Below, one piece after another: positions 35,492 through 39,235 of a stretch of DNA of 39,235 nt. The translations under genes were made by a program, and so were the position numbers. Under the pieces are notes generated by a model. The model was not told the origin of the DNA. It searched no databases and worked only from the letters and a program-made list of their open reading frames with translations. Each line of letters starts with the position of its first letter. Position 1 is the stretch's first letter. Origin of the DNA: Candidatus Hodarchaeota archaeon (GTDB lineage Archaea > Asgardarchaeota > Heimdallarchaeia > Hodarchaeales > Hodarchaeaceae); contig JAEOTM010000036.1 of assembly GCA_016839815.1 (NCBI GenBank), positions 1 through 39,235 on the forward strand, written 5' to 3'.

Positions 35492-37210
35492 CTAAAGAAA
35501 ACTTTCATAAGAAGAGCATTTGTATAAATTGATTATTTTTTTCTCAATCTTCTCTCTTACTACAGGTAGCATGGGAGAGGAAAGAAAAAGCTGTTCGATT
35601 GACTTTATATGATCTTCATTCTTTTCTGGAGGCTTGATTGGTAAACGTTTCAAGTTTTTAATTGAAATAGCATTAGTATATCTAGATCCAAGGTTAAATT
35701 GATTTTCATAATACCAGTTCATAAGACGAGAATTTAGTATAGCTAATATATAATAAAGGAAACTGGGATTTTGTTGCCATTGTTTTTTTAAACGAATATT
35801 ATAAACATTCTGGGTAGTAAAAGCATTTTTTAAGTCAATTGCACCGCAAGGAGACTGCTTTATCTTCTGTAAGACGATTTTAGGAGATTTGTATATGTCT
35901 TTATTTTTCTTGGATTTAAATTTAATCGAATCATTGAAATAATGACATGATTTAATATCATATTGATCAAAATCATCACCTGTAAGAATGGGAATAGTGT
36001 GCTGTGATGATTTTATAGGACTTATCAAGAAATTTGTTTGTAAGTGATCTTTATATAGAATTTTATGACATTGAGAACATTCAATATTGGGCTTACGACT
36101 GGATAATGGTACCCACATACCACATGAAATACAATACATAACCCCTCCTTTTTTACTCAGTTCTTCACCACGTTGAATCGTAACATATTCTTCTAATGAC
36201 ATTGTATCTTTTTTAATAAGTTTTAATAACTGTAAAAGTGTATTATCAGAGATTTTTGTGAATATATAATCAGTATTAGTCATATAAACATTTTGATGGA
36301 TTTTTATCTTCTCGTTAATCAGAATTTCATTGCTTAATTCTTTCATATCGATACGATGAGCAACTAAGGAAATAAATTCCTGAGTAACTTCATTGAATAG
36401 ATCATGAAAGATCAATGTTTTTATGTGAAAGTTATTAAGAATGAACTTCCGTAGATTTACATATTGATTTGAACGTGAAAGGTTCTTAGGAAGATATAAC
36501 GCTAAGTACCCAGCATTTGGTTTTAACATATTAGTACTTTGATATATAAATAGTTCAAATGAATTCAAATTTCGTTTTGAACCTGATAAATTAAATTTTC
36601 TGTAATAACGAATTCGTTCTGCTTTACTAAGATGGCTTCCCCAGGGAGGGTTCCCAATTATCAAATCAAATCCCTTAAATCTCTTAGGGATCGTTTTCCA
36701 AGAACTGAAATCGCTTTCTAAAAAATTTCCTTCTCTAATATTGCCCTCCAACCATGCTGATACTGTATTTTTGTCAATCTCCCGAATATTTTCATTCAAA
36801 ATTTTGTGACATGCTCTTAATGTCGCAATATCTAATTCCATTCCAAATAAATTTTGTAATATCACCTTTTTAGGTAAGATTGAGGATTTCATGTTTAATT
36901 CATGTAGTCGCTTTGATATAGAGTTAAAAATGTGACACAGAGCATAATATGAGGTAAGAATGAATTCTCCTTGTCCAACAGATCCATCCAATATTGTCAG
37001 ATTTGAAATATAAGATTGAATTGCTCTTAAAATTTCGATATTGTCGGACATAAGGAGAGCTTTTAGAGATAAAGATGCATCATAACAACGACGGACTTGT
37101 GTTTTGATTACCTGTTCTAGGACACGATTTGTTAGTTCTGATGCTAGTTCAGTCGGAGTATAGAATGCTCCATAGAGTTTTTTGAATGTATTTTTCTCTA
37201 TAGGAGACAA
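35492..37210 (-). CDS. Gamma-class N6-adenine DNA methyltransferase (TaqI/Eco57I-like) with a Zn-finger insertion in the specificity region
   Basis: GAFYTP, ILDGSVGQGEF, LFGMELD, IIGNPPW, PKIVLQKI, YILAILNSRLM.WYY, LKRLPI; CISC-x14-CSQC. Confidence 0.87.
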   Translation of the reverse strand: MSPIEKNTFKKLYGAFYTPTELASELTNRVLEQVIKTQVRRCYDASLSLKALLMSDNIEILRAIQSYISNLTILDGSVGQGEFILTSYYALCHIFNSISKRLHELNMKSSILPKKVILQNLFGMELDIATLRACHKILNENIREIDKNTVSAWLEGNIREGNFLESDFSSWKTIPKRFKGFDLIIGNPPWGSHLSKAERIRYYRKFNLSGSKRNLNSFELFIYQSTNMLKPNAGYLALYLPKNLSRSNQYVNLRKFILNNFHIKTLIFHDLFNEVTQEFISLVAHRIDMKELSNEILINEKIKIHQNVYMTNTDYIFTKISDNTLLQLLKLIKKDTMSLEEYVTIQRGEELSKKGGVMYCISCGMWVPLSSRKPNIECSQCHKILYKDHLQTNFLISPIKSSQHTIPILTGDDFDQYDIKSCHYFNDSIKFKSKKNKDIYKSPKIVLQKIKQSPCGAIDLKNAFTTQNVYNIRLKKQWQQNPSFLYYILAILNSRLMNWYYENQFNLGSRYTNAISIKNLKRLPIKPPEKNEDHIKSIEQLFLSSPMLPVVREKIEKKIINLYKCSSYESFL

Positions 37211-37449
37211 GATGATCCTACCTTAAAATTTACTCTTATTTATTCAATTGGATAGGGTGATATGGAGTAATTTAAATTTACCTACCAAAGAACGAGAAAA
37301 GGAAACAAGAATTTTCGTAAAAGAGGATAGAAGAAATACTAATTACGTCAGAAACAAAGAAATGATAGCAAACTTACCAGTAATTTTATAAAAATGCTTA
37401 AACACCGAAGAATCAGAACAATGATATCTAATAACCGTGGTTATTCGAA

Positions 37450-37902
37450 TTGAGAGGCCTTACACATATCATCTTTGGACTTGGTTTTATTAGTGCATCA
37501 TTAACTTTTTTACAGACCCCTATAGAAATATGGGGAGTTGGAACATTTATAATAGCTCCAATTTTTTCTCGCCTACCTGATTTTGATCAAAAGATTGCAA
37601 GAATTACTTTTAATCAAATTGTCCCTCACCGAGGTAAGCTTTCACATAACTTATTGTACGTAATCCCTGTAATTATATGTTTTTATATACCAAATTTTCC
37701 ATTTTTGCAAATGATTATAATTTCTTCATTTGGAGCTCTTTTTATCCACGTAATTGTTGATTCATTTAATTCAGGTGGCGTATGGTTTGGTTTTATTCAT
37801 TTATCAGTTGCTAATATAAGTTGGAACTCTTATTGGGGAAATCTATTTTTCAAGTTGACGGGGATAACATTACTAGGTTTATCAATATACACTTATCTAT
37901 AA
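37450..37902 (+). CDS. Membrane-bound metal-dependent hydrolase (YdjM/DUF457-like)
   Basis: M...TH, LPDFD, HRG..SHNL, H.IVD.FN..G; hydrophobic. Confidence 0.8.
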   Translation: MRGLTHIIFGLGFISASLTFLQTPIEIWGVGTFIIAPIFSRLPDFDQKIARITFNQIVPHRGKLSHNLLYVIPVIICFYIPNFPFLQMIIISSFGALFIHVIVDSFNSGGVWFGFIHLSVANISWNSYWGNLFFKLTGITLLGLSIYTYL

Positions 37903-37938
37903 GTTAGATATCATATACTGAATGGAGAACTATTCAAA

Positions 37939-38649
37939 ATGAACGAAGCACTTTATCTTAAAGAGATGTACCAAAAAGAGTTTGAAGCAGAAGTTATTTC
38001 AGTAACTGACAACAAATTTATTGTACTTGATCAAACAGCATTCTATCCTAAATCTGGAGGTGTAGATAATGATCAAGGAGTACTTATTCGGGACAATGAT
38101 GAGTTTAATGTTGTTTATGTAGGTAAATTCAGCGGTAAAATATCTCATGAAGTAGATAAACCAGGAATAAAGACAGGAGATAAAATATTGGGTAAATTAG
38201 ACTGGAATCGTCGTTATACACTAATGAGATACCATACTGCCGCGCATGTATTATCTGGTGCCTTCTACCGTAATCTAGGTGCCAAAATTACTGGAAACCA
38301 CATCTCAATTGATCAAGGGAGAATTGACTTTAATCTTCAAGATTTTGATCGCACGCTTATAGAGCAAGAAGTCAATAGATCCAACGAAATAATTTCCAAA
38401 AATTATACTGTGGAGGTTTACTCTCTTGACAGGAAGGAAGTAGAAGAGGATCCCGATTTAACAAAGCTTGCAATGGGTTTACCGAAGAATATTCAAGAAT
38501 TGAGAATTGTAGATATTAAAAACTTTGATAGGCAACCAGATGGGGGATGTCATGTGAAGTCGCTTAAGGAAATTGGCATTATTAAGATTAAAAAACTAGT
38601 AAATAAAGGAAAGAATAACAGACGTCTCTATTTTACGATTGAAGAATAA
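37939..38649 (+). CDS. alaXM: Alanyl-tRNA editing protein AlaX-M
   Basis: LY..EMY.KEFEA, LDQTAFYP..GG..D.G, DWNRRY.LMRYHTAAH, GRIDF, DGGCHV..L.EIG, KGK.NRR. Confidence 0.92.
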   Translation: MNEALYLKEMYQKEFEAEVISVTDNKFIVLDQTAFYPKSGGVDNDQGVLIRDNDEFNVVYVGKFSGKISHEVDKPGIKTGDKILGKLDWNRRYTLMRYHTAAHVLSGAFYRNLGAKITGNHISIDQGRIDFNLQDFDRTLIEQEVNRSNEIISKNYTVEVYSLDRKEVEEDPDLTKLAMGLPKNIQELRIVDIKNFDRQPDGGCHVKSLKEIGIIKIKKLVNKGKNNRRLYFTIEE

Positions 38650-38661
38650 AGAGGAATATTA

Positions 38662-39235
38662 ATGGAAATTGTTGTCATCGGAGGAAATGCTGCGGGTTTA
38701 AGTGCAGCTAGTGCCATTAGAAGAATCCATCAAGAATGGAAAATAGATGTTTACGAAAAAGATCAGTATATCTCCTATGGTTCATGCGGTATCCCATATT
38801 ATGTCGCTGACGAGGTAAAGACTCTAGATGAATTAATTACTCTTACTCCTGAAAGAGTAGAAAAGAAAAGAAAAATTCCTGTCCACTTGCAGAATGAGGT
38901 AGTAGATGTAGAATTTGATTCAAAACAGTTAACTGTTTTAGATAAAAGAACACGATCTCAATTTTCTCGTTCTTATGATATACTAGTCATTGCAACAGGA
39001 GCACACGCAACCTCCTCTCCTGAGTTCAATATTGAACATGAAAGAATATTTTATGTTCACAAGTTAAGCCATGCTGAAAAATTAAGAACATTTTTAAAAT
39101 CCTCTACTCCAGAGATACAATCTGTAGTAATTGTTGGAGCAGGTTATATTGGATTAGAAATGCTTGAAGCATATAAAGCTCATGGAATTACTGATATTTC
39201 ACTCGTTGGACCACGTTTAGTTTTTACATCACAGA
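38662..39235 (+). CDS. CoA-disulfide reductase / NADH oxidase family flavoprotein, 5' part only
   Basis: Manual translation: MEIVVIGGNAAGLSAASAIRR..YEK...ISYGSCGIPYY...YDILVIATGA...VVIVGAGYIGLEMLE; open to the window end. Confidence 0.88.
   Translation, partial: MEIVVIGGNAAGLSAASAIRRIHQEWKIDVYEKDQYISYGSCGIPYYVADEVKTLDELITLTPERVEKKRKIPVHLQNEVVDVEFDSKQLTVLDKRTRSQFSRSYDILVIATGAHATSSPEFNIEHERIFYVHKLSHAEKLRTFLKSSTPEIQSVVIVGAGYIGLEMLEAYKAHGITDISLVGPRLVFTSQ

Noticed and set aside
38536-38556. AlaX Zn motif reads DGGCH rather than CGGTH
   Set aside because: To my recollection Asp-for-Cys variants occur in archaeal AlaX-M, and the HxxxH motif is intact, so this is not evidence of inactivation or novelty.
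1-39235. CRISPR array, tRNA/rRNA, IS elements or prophage
   Set aside because: No regularly spaced repeats, GC-rich structural RNA blocks, transposase, integrase or virion genes were seen by eye.

Overview
AT-rich archaeal chromosomal window, most likely from an Asgard archaeon (Heimdallarchaeia-like). The taxonomy is an inference from a profilin-like gene, an archaeal TFB, AlaX-M, GGTGA-type Shine-Dalgarno sites and a CTERM-anchored surface protein. The centre (~9.2-29.6 kb) is mostly housekeeping and metabolism: yjbQ, tfb, HTH regulator, hflX, subtilase, PPi-type PFK, ferredoxin plus FAD oxidoreductase, BMP, MTAP, bacterial/eukaryote-type metK, copA, a degenerate PPDK_N protein, an ATPase-wHTH and a GT-C-like membrane protein. 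Two DNA-modification clusters flank it. Together they hold six DNA methyltransferases and no recognisable restriction endonuclease. The left cluster (1.1-9.1 kb) is the best candidate for a new system: gamma-class MTase / TGT(DpdA)-like base-exchange protein / DUF6884-like protein / second TGT-like protein / tandem dead+active beta-class (Mod-like) MTase. The two TGT-like proteins have complementary motif degeneracies and both have lost the Zn site. One TGT-like protein and one MTase end in PIP-box-like tails, suggesting PCNA-coupled DNA modification. No rRNA, tRNA, CRISPR array or transposase was seen. All calls come from reading motifs by eye; no database search was run.
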